Shown: piece after piece, positions 21,863 to 31,447 of the stretch
How positions within the stretch are numbered: the first letter of the stretch is position 1
How the letters are laid out: every line of letters begins with the position of its first letter
Assembly: GCA_039024555.1 (NCBI GenBank)
Contig: JBCCQQ010000004.1
Coordinates: forward strand, 125,419-189,418
Origin: Cyanobacteria bacterium P01_D01_bin.156
Lineage (GTDB): Bacteria; Cyanobacteriota; Cyanobacteriia; Phormidesmidales; Phormidesmidaceae
Direction: 5' to 3'
DNA length: 64,000 nucleotides
The notes under the pieces: generated by a model
What the model was told of the DNA's origin: nothing
What the model saw: only the letters and a program-made list of their open reading frames with translations
Databases searched by the model: none
Made by a program: the position numbers and the translations under genes

Positions 21863-22780
21863 TCAAGCTTCATAACCAGGAAATGACAGCAGGCCAGGGC
21901 CATCGGCGCTGGCCTCTATTTTTGCCGTTATTCCAAAGGGTAGGGCTGCATTTACACCATCGTGGCCAAAGGGTAGGTTAGCCACAATGGGAACGCTGAG
22001 GTCTCCTAGGCGTTCTTGCAACACTTCTACAGCAGAAAAGCTAGGTACGTTAGCAGGCGGTTCACACTGACTAAAGCGACCCAGGGCAATACCTGCAATC
22101 TGTTCAAATTTGCCTAACATGCGCCAGTAAGTCAGCATGCGATCCAGACGATAGGGAGCTTCGGTAACATCCTCAAAGGCAAGAATTGCTCCGGTTAGAT
22201 CAGGTTCATGAGGAGTCCCCAGCAGGCAGGTGGCTACAGTGAGGTTGGCCGGAAGCAGTTTTCCGATTGCAGTGCCGCCGCCCCAGCTATCGCCTGTAAG
22301 GGGTTCTAGGGTGTGATGCTCTAGCCAGTTAAATAGTCTATTTAAGGACCAGTCAGGCTCTTGGCTAATAGTGGTCAGCAGTGGGCCATGGATGCCGCCG
22401 CTTAGCTGCCCGCTCCACAGCAGACTGGTGATATCAGAAAAGCCGACTAGCCATTTGTTGGTGTGCTGGTTATCAGAGGTTTGGGGCCACTGCCAGTTTT
22501 CTAATAGGCGGGTGCCACCGTAGCCGCCTCGAACGCACAGAATAGCTTTGTAGTTGGGATTTGTGATGGCTTCTAGCAGCTGTCCTCGCCGTTGATTATC
22601 GTTGCCTGCTAAGTACCCCCAACGTTCGTTATAGGTAGGACTTAGCTCTATTTGATAGCCGCGATCGCGCCAGACTTGTAACCCTGCCTGGAATTTTTCC
22701 GTTGCTCGTAAAGTCCCACTGGGTGCGATCGCAAAAAGAACATCGCCAGAGGTCAGAGGCACGGGCAGGCTGTCATTCAT
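21863..22780 (-). CDS. LD-carboxypeptidase (S66)
   Basis: RGGYG, GFSDITS nucleophile, FEDVTE, PFGHD. Confidence 0.93.
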   Translation of the reverse strand: MNDSLPVPLTSGDVLFAIAPSGTLRATEKFQAGLQVWRDRGYQIELSPTYNERWGYLAGNDNQRRGQLLEAITNPNYKAILCVRGGYGGTRLLENWQWPQTSDNQHTNKWLVGFSDITSLLWSGQLSGGIHGPLLTTISQEPDWSLNRLFNWLEHHTLEPLTGDSWGGGTAIGKLLPANLTVATCLLGTPHEPDLTGAILAFEDVTEAPYRLDRMLTYWRMLGKFEQIAGIALGRFSQCEPPANVPSFSAVEVLQERLGDLSVPIVANLPFGHDGVNAALPFGITAKIEASADGPGLLSFPGYEA

Positions 22781-22828
22781 GAAGAAACCTAGCAGAAATC
22801 GCTTCCGATCATGTCACATACCACGCCA

Positions 22829-24562
22829 TCAATCATTGTTACGTTGCCAAATAGTGACGGTTTCATCTTGGCTGCTGCTTATAAGTGTGTGCCCATCAAA
22901 GGCAATGGCAACGACTCCCCACCCTTGAGCGAGTTCTGAAACACATTGTCCACACGCCCCGTCATAAACCCGCAGTGCATTGCCATCAGTACCTACAGCT
23001 AAGAGTCGAGCATCGGGACTTAGGGCAATGCTGGTAATGCTATCTAGCCCGGAACATAGCTGCATCGCCTCAAGGGGCTGTCCCACTACCTGACCGACAG
23101 GCCAAACCGTTACCTCCCCACGATCATCACCAATGACCACATAGTCGCCGTTGGGATGTAGGGCTAATCCTTTGCTTGCAGTAATCGGCACGGTTTGTAG
23201 CAAACGCTTTTCTGATAAGGACCAAACCCGCAAGGTGAGATCGCGACCAATGCTCACTAGTCGTTTACGCTTAGCTGCAATACGATTCACCCAATCCTGG
23301 TGCTGATTAAACCGATGGCAAATCTCCAACCGGTCTAAGTCCCATACGGCAATCAGTCCAGCACCATCACTGACAATCAGGTAGGGAAGCGCAACAGCTA
23401 GATCCGTGGGCTGCCACCCTGATTGCTTTAGGGTCTGAATCACCGTTCCCTGGACAAGGTCCCAAAGTTTCACAGTGCCATCATTGCTAGCACTGTAGAG
23501 AATCGATTTGTGGGGATGAAAGGCTAACGCCGTGATGCGATCGCGATGGCCGCGCCCCGGCAACGGATAGACATTGGTGGCATCAGCCAAGTTGCAAAGT
23601 AATACCTTGCCGTCATTGGCCCCTAAAGCTAGGGTGCCATTTTTCAGGGCCAGGGCAGTGGTAATCCCCGTTTGCAGCTGGTAGAGGGGCTGCCAAGAAA
23701 TGCGTTCTAACGAGTTAGGTAGGGCTGGAGCAGGTGCGATCGCTCTAGACAGGGCTTTGTTGATAGTCAGATTTTTGGGCAGGAAGCCCCGAGCTTTGTT
23801 TAACAGCGTTTGTGGACTAGTCTGCTTGAGATCTTTAATAACGTGTTCAGCCTTGGCATAGCGGTCTTCCAAGGAGCGTTTTAGCATTTTATGAAGCACC
23901 TGGCTCAGTTTTTTGGGCAAGGGCTGAGCCACAAGATCAGGCCAAATCCAGCGATTATCCGCTACGGAATAGAGATCGAATGGGGAAAAGCCAGTCAGTA
24001 GGTGAATGGCCACTAGACCTAAGCTGTAGAGGTCGCTAGCGTAAACCAACGTACCTAAAGCCTGCTCAGGAGCAGCATAAGCGGCATCTCCTCCAGTCGT
24101 GGCTAAAGTCGGATTTTGCCGTTTTAGACGCTGGGTAATGCGAAAATCCACCAGAATGGGTTGCCCAACCTGACGAATATTAATGGGTCGAATATCACCG
24201 TGGACTAAACGAAAGCTATGAAGATGCTCTAACAGGGTCAGTAGCGAGAGCAGCCAAGCTTCCACTTGATGTGGAGGCCACGGAAGAATTTCTGTTTGAT
24301 TAATGGAGGCAGCTGTGATGTACTCGAAGGAAAAAAACTGACCGTCAGGGGTTTGCCAACTGTTGAGCAAGGTGGGGAACTGGGGATGCTGGGTAACGGC
24401 AGTCAGGCGTTTTGTCAGACTCTCCAGCGGTTCTTGGGGGGTATAAACCTGTTTGACAACACAGACTTGAGATTCACCAGGATTCAGCAAGCGGGCGAGA
24501 TTTGTTTGTCCGTTAACCCCTTTGCCAAGAGGCTCGATAATTTCATAACGGGTGGAATGCAC
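22829..24562 (-). CDS. Ser/Thr kinase-like domain fused to WD40 repeats
   Basis: LGKGVNG, CVVK, HGDIRPINI, DFR, YAAPEQ, SDLYSLG; WD repeats (GHRDRITALAF...VKLWD). Confidence 0.88.
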   Translation of the reverse strand: MHSTRYEIIEPLGKGVNGQTNLARLLNPGESQVCVVKQVYTPQEPLESLTKRLTAVTQHPQFPTLLNSWQTPDGQFFSFEYITAASINQTEILPWPPHQVEAWLLSLLTLLEHLHSFRLVHGDIRPINIRQVGQPILVDFRITQRLKRQNPTLATTGGDAAYAAPEQALGTLVYASDLYSLGLVAIHLLTGFSPFDLYSVADNRWIWPDLVAQPLPKKLSQVLHKMLKRSLEDRYAKAEHVIKDLKQTSPQTLLNKARGFLPKNLTINKALSRAIAPAPALPNSLERISWQPLYQLQTGITTALALKNGTLALGANDGKVLLCNLADATNVYPLPGRGHRDRITALAFHPHKSILYSASNDGTVKLWDLVQGTVIQTLKQSGWQPTDLAVALPYLIVSDGAGLIAVWDLDRLEICHRFNQHQDWVNRIAAKRKRLVSIGRDLTLRVWSLSEKRLLQTVPITASKGLALHPNGDYVVIGDDRGEVTVWPVGQVVGQPLEAMQLCSGLDSITSIALSPDARLLAVGTDGNALRVYDGACGQCVSELAQGWGVVAIAFDGHTLISSSQDETVTIWQRNND

Positions 24563-24619
24563 GATTTACGATGCCTATGATGGTGGGCTGTCTATCGTGG
24601 GGTAGGACACGGTGACAAC

Positions 24620-24901
24620 CTATGTGGGGATGGCTTCGCCAGGACGTAGTCTGGCCCATTTGCCCTGCTCTTGCTGGAAGCTGTCGCAGCCCACTACGTC
24701 ATATTCAAAGCCAAAATCACCGGACTGTACAATGCGATCGCCTTCAACACTGACCACAGGGGGCTGAATATTGGCATTAATGGTTGGATTTTGAGGCTCA
24801 AAATCTGGGGTATTGGTCAGGTGAGGTTGCCGATGATTGGTTTCGACCGCATGATAAGTGATGCAACGATCCACATAATGGCAGTTGATGCAAATACACA
24901 T
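24620..24901 (-). CDS. ycf34: Ycf34 family Fe-S protein
   Basis: MCICINCHYVDRCITYHAVE...DVVGCDSF. Confidence 0.93.
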   Translation of the reverse strand: MCICINCHYVDRCITYHAVETNHRQPHLTNTPDFEPQNPTINANIQPPVVSVEGDRIVQSGDFGFEYDVVGCDSFQQEQGKWARLRPGEAIPT

Positions 24902-25218
24902 AGTGAGGGAAAAGTGGATTTATGGCTGGCCGCTAAAAATTGATGCGATAAATGATGAAGAGAACTGTAGTTACCTGCAAAGCAGCACCTACAGACAAGT
25001 AGGTTGAATACTTTGCCCCTACTTTAGCGCAGCTAAAATGTACACAAGGTATTTTGTTTCAAATTTTTCGGTTATCGACTTTTTCTGGAGAAGACCTAGC
25101 CAATCCTTGACCAATAGATTAAAAATGGCGTCGAAATAGGTGCTTACAGGCGACGCGATATAGGAGAATTGTAAGCCGCACTACGTTTGGAGCTGCATCG
25201 TTGAATTTAGTTTCGTCT

Positions 25219-26481
25219 ATGGCGTCTGCCTTAATCCCCAAAACATGGCCCTTTGATAGCCGCTTGCTGCCGGAAACAGCCTGCGTAGTCGGAGGCTCGG
25301 TACGGGATGCTTTATTGAAACGCCAGGCGGAGTATTTAGATTTAGACTTTGTGCTACCGGATGGAGCAGTTGCGATCGCTAGCGACATTGCCAAACGCTA
25401 TCGGGCAGGCTTTGTCGTACTCGATGCCGACAACCAGATTGCTAGGGCCGTATTCGACGAAGCCACTATCGACTTTGCACAGCAAGTCGGGCCGACCTTA
25501 GAGACCGACCTCCAGCGGCGAGACTTTACCATCAACGCCATTGCTTACCATCCCCAAAGCGATCGCTTGATTGACCCCCTCAATGGCATGGCTGATCTAA
25601 AGCAGCAAACCCTGCGTATGGTGAGCCGTGAAAATCTGGCGGAGGACCCGCTCAGGCTACTGCGGGCCTACCGTCAGGCAGCCCAACTAGGATTCACCAT
25701 TGATAGCAATACCCGACGTACCATTCGTGAGCTAGCCCCGCTACTTAAAGGGATTGCAGCCGAGCGTATCCGCCATGAGTTGGATGCACTTTTAAGTCAG
25801 CCCAATGGAGCTACTTGTTTTCGGATGGCTTGGCAAGATGGGTTATTTAATAGCTGGCTACCTCATCTAACGGCCAACCATGCCGAACAGCTGACCCTGT
25901 TAGACCGAGCTCTGGCTAAGCTACCTAAGGTATCTGGCTATCTAGGATTACTCCACGGCTGGAAAGAACCGGTTCCAGCTGGACACTACCGTAGCTGGAT
26001 CAAAGCGGCGCGGCTGAGTCAGCTGTTGCCTAGCGAAGAAGAGGTCGCTAACCGTTGGCTGACCCGATTAAAGTACAGCCGCAGCGAAGGTCAAGCCATT
26101 TATCGGGTTATGCAAACCCAGACCTATGTGGAACGACTGGTTATCCAGGAAGGCTATCTCTCCCGAGCAGATGAATTTTTTATGTTCAAAACTGCTGGTA
26201 CCAGCTTTCCTGCGGTGTCTCTTGTCGCGCTTTCCGCCGGGGTCCCAGCTGAAACTGTGGTTGCTATGGTTAAGCGATATCAGAACGCTGAAGATATCAT
26301 TGCCCATCCAGTCCCTTTAGTCAGTGGAAAAGATTTAATGCGTACCTTGAGGCTCAAATCGGGTCCCCATATCGGTCGTTTACTCAGTGCGATTGAACAG
26401 GCTCAAGCTCAGGGAACCTTGACCACGGCCCAGGAAGCATTGGCTTGGGCGAGGAAATGGTCGGATCCAGTAGAGATTTAA
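25219..26481 (+). CDS. tRNA nucleotidyltransferase, probably the CC-adding type
   Basis: VGGSVRD, DLDF, RRDFTINA, EDPLRLLRAYR, AERI. Confidence 0.9.
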   Translation: MASALIPKTWPFDSRLLPETACVVGGSVRDALLKRQAEYLDLDFVLPDGAVAIASDIAKRYRAGFVVLDADNQIARAVFDEATIDFAQQVGPTLETDLQRRDFTINAIAYHPQSDRLIDPLNGMADLKQQTLRMVSRENLAEDPLRLLRAYRQAAQLGFTIDSNTRRTIRELAPLLKGIAAERIRHELDALLSQPNGATCFRMAWQDGLFNSWLPHLTANHAEQLTLLDRALAKLPKVSGYLGLLHGWKEPVPAGHYRSWIKAARLSQLLPSEEEVANRWLTRLKYSRSEGQAIYRVMQTQTYVERLVIQEGYLSRADEFFMFKTAGTSFPAVSLVALSAGVPAETVVAMVKRYQNAEDIIAHPVPLVSGKDLMRTLRLKSGPHIGRLLSAIEQAQAQGTLTTAQEALAWARKWSDPVEI

Positions 26482-26485
26482 AAAT

Positions 26486-26530
26486 CAAAAAATACTCGCC
26501 GAGGTTGCATATCTCGGCGATTATTTTTTG
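26486..26530. terminator. Bidirectional intrinsic terminator
   Basis: CAAAAAATACTCGCCGAG-loop-CTCGGCGATTATTTTTTG just after the nucleotidyltransferase stop. Confidence 0.8.
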
Positions 26531-26649
26531 AACGGGTTTACCTAATCAGGTATTTAAGTTGGGTCTGTTGTTTTCGATGAAACCCTCTAAGGGGTGAAAT
26601 TTTCAAAACCTTATACTCCACCAAACACCAGAATCGGCGGGCAAACAAT

Positions 26650-26811
26650 CTACAGCTTGGGATTAACGGCAACATCTCCGTCCGCAATACGAACTACAAA
26701 CTCAGTACCATTGGGCTTATCTTGAGAGGTTTTCTTGTCTGGCTTTTTGTTGCCACTCAACATCACGATTGAACCAGCTATTGCCAAACCGAGAATCATC
26801 GACATATCCAT
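26650..26811 (-). CDS. Small single-TM protein (53 aa)
   Basis: MDMSMILGLAIAGSIVML hydrophobic N-terminus plus Lys-rich tail; AAGGAG RBS-like sequence upstream. Confidence 0.55.
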   Translation of the reverse strand: MDMSMILGLAIAGSIVMLSGNKKPDKKTSQDKPNGTEFVVRIADGDVAVNPKL

Positions 26812-27048
26812 AATCAGGGCTCCTTGGTAGCAATCCATAGTAAGAAACAAGCTTGCCAGCCCTTATTCCAGAAAAAACTCCATGTTTTCTCGGATAGTCA
26901 ATTTAATTATTACTGGGCTTTACACCCCCTCTCAGTACAGTCACGGGGGCTGTTTTATGAAGTTTTGAGCCTAGAGAATACAGCAAGCACCCACTGGATG
27001 AGTTAAGACCTTTGGTATAGTTATTGACCGACATTGTTCTAGTCGCCG

Positions 27049-28506
27049 ATGGTTCGCACCTCTACCCTCAGGTTTGATCGTGGCACGTTGATTTTGCATC
27101 CACCACCCCGAGGAAAAGGCTGGATTGAACATGCTGTTTGGGATGATCGCATTGAGCGCTTTCGTATTCCGGCCCATTGCTATCGCACTCTGTTGGAAAC
27201 GCTGCGACAGGAGCAAGTTACCATCGATGACCAGGTGGCTGACTTTAAGCCACTGGAACTGATTCCAAAATTAACCTACAAACCCTATCCCCACCAAAGC
27301 GAAGCATTGACCGCTTGGCAACACAATCGGTGGCAAGGGGTAGTGGTTTTACCAACGGCAGCGGGTAAAACCTATGTGGCTCAGTTGGCACTGCAGGCAA
27401 TTCCCCGCAGTACGTTAATAACCGTACCGACCCTAGACTTGATGCACCAGTGGTACGCCCATCTGGAAACGGCCTTTCCAGATGCAGATATTGGTTTATT
27501 GGGTGGAGGCAGTCGCGATCGCAGCGATATTCTGGTAGCCACCTACGATAGTGCAGCAATCCATGCAGAGAACTTAGGCAACCGTTACGGGCTGCTGATA
27601 TGCGATGAGTGTCACCATTTACCCAGCGATTTTAACCGAGTGATTGCAGAATATGCGATCGCACCCTACCGTCTTGGACTCACAGCAACTCCAGATCGAG
27701 CCGATGGTCGCCATAGCGATCTCGACCAGCTGCTAGGACCAGTTGTATATAGCCGAACAGCAGAAGAACTATCCGGACAGGCACTTGCTCCATATCAAGT
27801 GATCCAGCTAAAAGTTTCCCTCTCCGAAATAGAACGTCGTCGTTATAGTGAGTTAATTCAACAACGCAACAGCTTTTTACAAGACTCAAAAATCTGGTTG
27901 AGCAGCCCTGAAGGATGGAAGCGATTTGTCACCGCCAGTGCCCGTTCCCAAGCCGGGCGGCGAGCCATGCTAGCCCACCGAGAGGCCAAAACCATTGCCC
28001 TAGGCACAGCCGGTAAACTGCACATTTTACAGGACTTACTCGCCCAGCATTATCCAGAACGCACCATTATTTTTACCAACGATAACGCCACAGTTTACAA
28101 AATCTCCCAAGACTTTTTGATTCCTGCCATTACCCATCAAACTCCCGTCAAAGAGCGACGACACATCCTCCAAAATTTTCGCAATGGTCACTACACCACC
28201 ATTGTGGTTTCCCACGTGCTTAATGAAGGGGTGGACGTGCCCGAAGCCCGGGTGGCCATCTTGCTATCGGGCAGTGGTTCCACAAGAGAATATATCCAAC
28301 GATTGGGACGAGTGCTGCGCAAAGGCGATGGCAACAAACTAGCGTTGCTATATGAGGTCATTGCAGAAGAAACCACAGAGGAGAATATTGCCCGCCGCCG
28401 TAAACAATCTCCCAGCAAACGCAATCAAAACCCATACTCAGTCAAACCCACACAGCTGCCTCTAGCAGCTGAGCAAGGCTGGGAATCAGAAGATTTGCCT
28501 TACTAA
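27049..28506 (+). CDS. XPB/Rad25-like SF2 helicase
   Basis: LPTAAGKT, DECHH, LGLTAT, VLNEGVDVP, QRLGRVLR. Confidence 0.92.
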   Translation: MVRTSTLRFDRGTLILHPPPRGKGWIEHAVWDDRIERFRIPAHCYRTLLETLRQEQVTIDDQVADFKPLELIPKLTYKPYPHQSEALTAWQHNRWQGVVVLPTAAGKTYVAQLALQAIPRSTLITVPTLDLMHQWYAHLETAFPDADIGLLGGGSRDRSDILVATYDSAAIHAENLGNRYGLLICDECHHLPSDFNRVIAEYAIAPYRLGLTATPDRADGRHSDLDQLLGPVVYSRTAEELSGQALAPYQVIQLKVSLSEIERRRYSELIQQRNSFLQDSKIWLSSPEGWKRFVTASARSQAGRRAMLAHREAKTIALGTAGKLHILQDLLAQHYPERTIIFTNDNATVYKISQDFLIPAITHQTPVKERRHILQNFRNGHYTTIVVSHVLNEGVDVPEARVAILLSGSGSTREYIQRLGRVLRKGDGNKLALLYEVIAEETTEENIARRRKQSPSKRNQNPYSVKPTQLPLAAEQGWESEDLPY

Positions 28507-28611
28507 CATTCTGACGTTTCTGATTCTCAGGATTATTGTGTCTTTAAAGTTCTGCACTATGCAAAAGATTACAGATTATTTCTCTTCCTAAATCAGGAAC
28601 TGTAGGTCTTA

Positions 28612-28708
28612 GGAGCTGTCAAGAAACGACTTCACGGTTTAAGCTTGAAAAGCTTGTTAAGCCATGATTTAAATGCACAAGGCCAGGGTTCTATTTTTTA
28701 ACAAGCCC
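28612..28708 (-). mobile_element. 97-bp MITE, copy 1
   Basis: Reverse complement of 42542-42638 (10 mismatches in 97 by manual alignment); imperfect TIRs; flanked by TTA/TTA (TAA on minus). Confidence 0.85.
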
Positions 28709-30727
28709 TTAAACAGCCTGTGATGCAGCAACGGCCTTATTGATAAAATCAGTAAAGGTAGGTTCATCAGATAACGCATTGATCGGCAAGGCAATCAAAA
28801 ATTCAGTTCCCTTACCCAGCTTAGAGCGCACATTGATCGCTCCCTGATGTTGTTGAATGATCTTAAAACAGATTCCCAACCCTAGCCCTGTTCCCTTGCC
28901 CACAGGTTTGGTCGTAAAAAACGGGTCAAAGATCTTATCTTGAATATCGGCAGGAATACCCGGCCCGCTATCACGAATAACAATTTCGATATGGCCGTTA
29001 TCAACTTCACGAGTGATGATGGAAATACGCTTAGAGCTGCAGTTCGCGTCAAACATAGCATCCAAAGCATTGGAAATAATATTGGTAAAAACCTGATTAA
29101 TTTGGGCAGGCAAACAACGTACAAGAGGCAAATCACCATAATCTTTGATGACGGTCACGTCGTATTTAATGCGATGATTGAGAATCAACAGCGTGCTATC
29201 TAACCCCTCATGGATATCAACATCTTTAACAGTGGCCTCGTCTAAACGAGAGAAATTCCGTAGCGATCGCACAATCTCATGCACCCGCTGAGTACCTACA
29301 TTCATTGATGTTAAAACCTTATTTAAGTCCTCCAAAACAAAGTCAAAATCGACCTCTTTCCGTTTTTTAACGATAGCAGCAGCAGGCTCAGGATATGTAG
29401 CTTCGTAGGTTTTAATCAGTCCTAATAAATCTTGAAAATAATCTTCTAAGGGTTCAATATTACCTTGAATAAAACTGATGGGATTATTAATCTCATGGGC
29501 AATACCAGCCACCATTTGCCCGAGACTCGACATCTTCTCTGTTTGAATCAGTTGCGCCTGGGTTTCCTTAAGCTTATGGAGGGTATCCGACAGTTCTTTT
29601 GTTCGCTCAGCCACACGAGATTCCAGGGTTTGAGCGGAAATTTCAAGCTCATAGGTATATTGGCTAACCCATTCAATCAACTGATTTACAGATAGGGCTA
29701 AAACACTGATATCATCTTTTGTATTTGCCGTTGCCCTTAGGTCAAAGCGATTTTCACCTGCAACTCGTTGAGCGATTAGAGAAATATCCAGAATAGGTCG
29801 TGCAACCCGTTGAGCAATCCAATAGCCCAAGATTGTTGTAATCAGCGCGCCCAGAATAGCCATAGGCAAAATAGACAGCCACAGTGTTTGTAAAGACTGG
29901 GAAAAAGGTTTTTGAGATACCAACAGCACTAGCTTAAAAGTCTGTCCATCAATTCCTTCAAGCAGGGTAGACTGGGTTCCAAATTCCTGCCCTGAGAAAG
30001 TAATAGACGGTTTTATGTTGTCTAGATATAGCTGATCCAGTTGACTTGTATTAAAATCAGCCGGAAACGTAGAAGCAACAACGCCACTATCGCCAATAAT
30101 CAAAATCTGTTCTTTGATCGATTCGTTAATCTGACGTAATAGCTCATTATTAAGGGCCGTACCTAAAATAATTCCACCGACAACAGTTTGATCATTCTTA
30201 ATGGGTGCAGCGCCCATTAGGATCGGTGGATTTGAAGAATCTGTAATGACTACTGTAGAAGCCGAAACGTCTGAGCCTTTAAGCAAACGCTTTTGCAATG
30301 GTTTAGATTGAATACGATCGCTCCCCAATAAGGAATCTTGAAGATGGAATAGCGGATATTGACCGCGTTTGATAATGGTAACTATATGGGTATTGAGAAT
30401 AGCAGCAGCGGGTAGAATACCTTGCCTAAGCTGATCAGGGTTCGCGCGGGTAGTGTTTTGAATAATTTGTTCTTTGAGAGCTAAAAGACGCGCTTCTTTT
30501 TCCAGATAATAAAGTTCCTTATCGATTTCTCCCTTTACTAAATCAATGAGCTCTTCAGCCTGACTTCTCTGCTGTTGCCCTAGCTGATTAGCAAATACAA
30601 TACCCACAGCTGTTGCACTGCCTGCCCAAAATATCAGAAACATGACAATAAAAGGCACGCTAATTTTTAAGGGCAGCGAAGCATTTTGATAGCTGAGTAA
30701 TATTTTTTTATAGAAGGCTAAACCCAT
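28709..30727 (-). CDS. Membrane sensor histidine kinase (periplasmic Cache-like, HAMP, HisKA, HATPase)
   Basis: Two TMs, AGIAHEINNP H-box, QINQVFTNIISNALDA N-box, FFTTKPVGKGTGLGL. Confidence 0.93.
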   Translation of the reverse strand: MGLAFYKKILLSYQNASLPLKISVPFIVMFLIFWAGSATAVGIVFANQLGQQQRSQAEELIDLVKGEIDKELYYLEKEARLLALKEQIIQNTTRANPDQLRQGILPAAAILNTHIVTIIKRGQYPLFHLQDSLLGSDRIQSKPLQKRLLKGSDVSASTVVITDSSNPPILMGAAPIKNDQTVVGGIILGTALNNELLRQINESIKEQILIIGDSGVVASTFPADFNTSQLDQLYLDNIKPSITFSGQEFGTQSTLLEGIDGQTFKLVLLVSQKPFSQSLQTLWLSILPMAILGALITTILGYWIAQRVARPILDISLIAQRVAGENRFDLRATANTKDDISVLALSVNQLIEWVSQYTYELEISAQTLESRVAERTKELSDTLHKLKETQAQLIQTEKMSSLGQMVAGIAHEINNPISFIQGNIEPLEDYFQDLLGLIKTYEATYPEPAAAIVKKRKEVDFDFVLEDLNKVLTSMNVGTQRVHEIVRSLRNFSRLDEATVKDVDIHEGLDSTLLILNHRIKYDVTVIKDYGDLPLVRCLPAQINQVFTNIISNALDAMFDANCSSKRISIITREVDNGHIEIVIRDSGPGIPADIQDKIFDPFFTTKPVGKGTGLGLGICFKIIQQHQGAINVRSKLGKGTEFLIALPINALSDEPTFTDFINKAVAASQAV

Positions 30728-31447
30728 GGGTTAAGAAATCTAAGATAGGGTACCTGTTACCGAGTAGATAAATAGCAGCCATAGCGCATGTGTGAGTCAG
30801 TAAAGGCAGTCATAAGCTGCTGGCATAAAACTAACCCTCATTGACAACCGAATATCTCACAAAATAGCGTTGTCGTGCATCATACTTTTCTTTCAAAGCC
30901 TACCAAAGAAGAAAAACTGAAAGCTCGCGAAGCGTCTAATCCTTGCACAACAATCATTTAAACAACGCATACTCCTTGTTAACCTACCGTCGTAGACTCA
31001 ATCCCCCAGGCAGCTACTAAATGATTACGCCAACTCCTGGTTCGAATCCGCTATAAATTACCCTGAGAAATCTCTTTTTTCGTATTGTATTGATGAACTC
31101 TTCTCCAAAAATTGAGTTTTTTTGGCAAAGCTGCCGCCTTCCAGCAACCTGATGCCACAGCTAAGATTACTGGCAATACTTACACAGTCCTCTCGTCAAT
31201 TTAATGGGCACAATCAATATCTGCATTGCACTCCACGTATAAATTCATACATGCTACACCTTAGGAGACCCAGTGTTAGATAGTAACAACATTATCGTCC
31301 CTAGTCGGTGCAGCAACAACTTATACCCTAGGCAGCTCAATTATTTCAGCACTAGCACAGTCAAAAAAGCTAAACTGTGCAATCAATCTACCCCCATAGA
31401 TAGCTGCCCAGGTTACACTACTAGCCTATTGTTTTCTGCGTTTACTG

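Noticed and set aside
31036..31050. CCTGGTTCGAATCCG resembling a tRNA T-loop
   Set aside because: Only a 2-bp T stem; no acceptor, D or anticodon arms can be built around it
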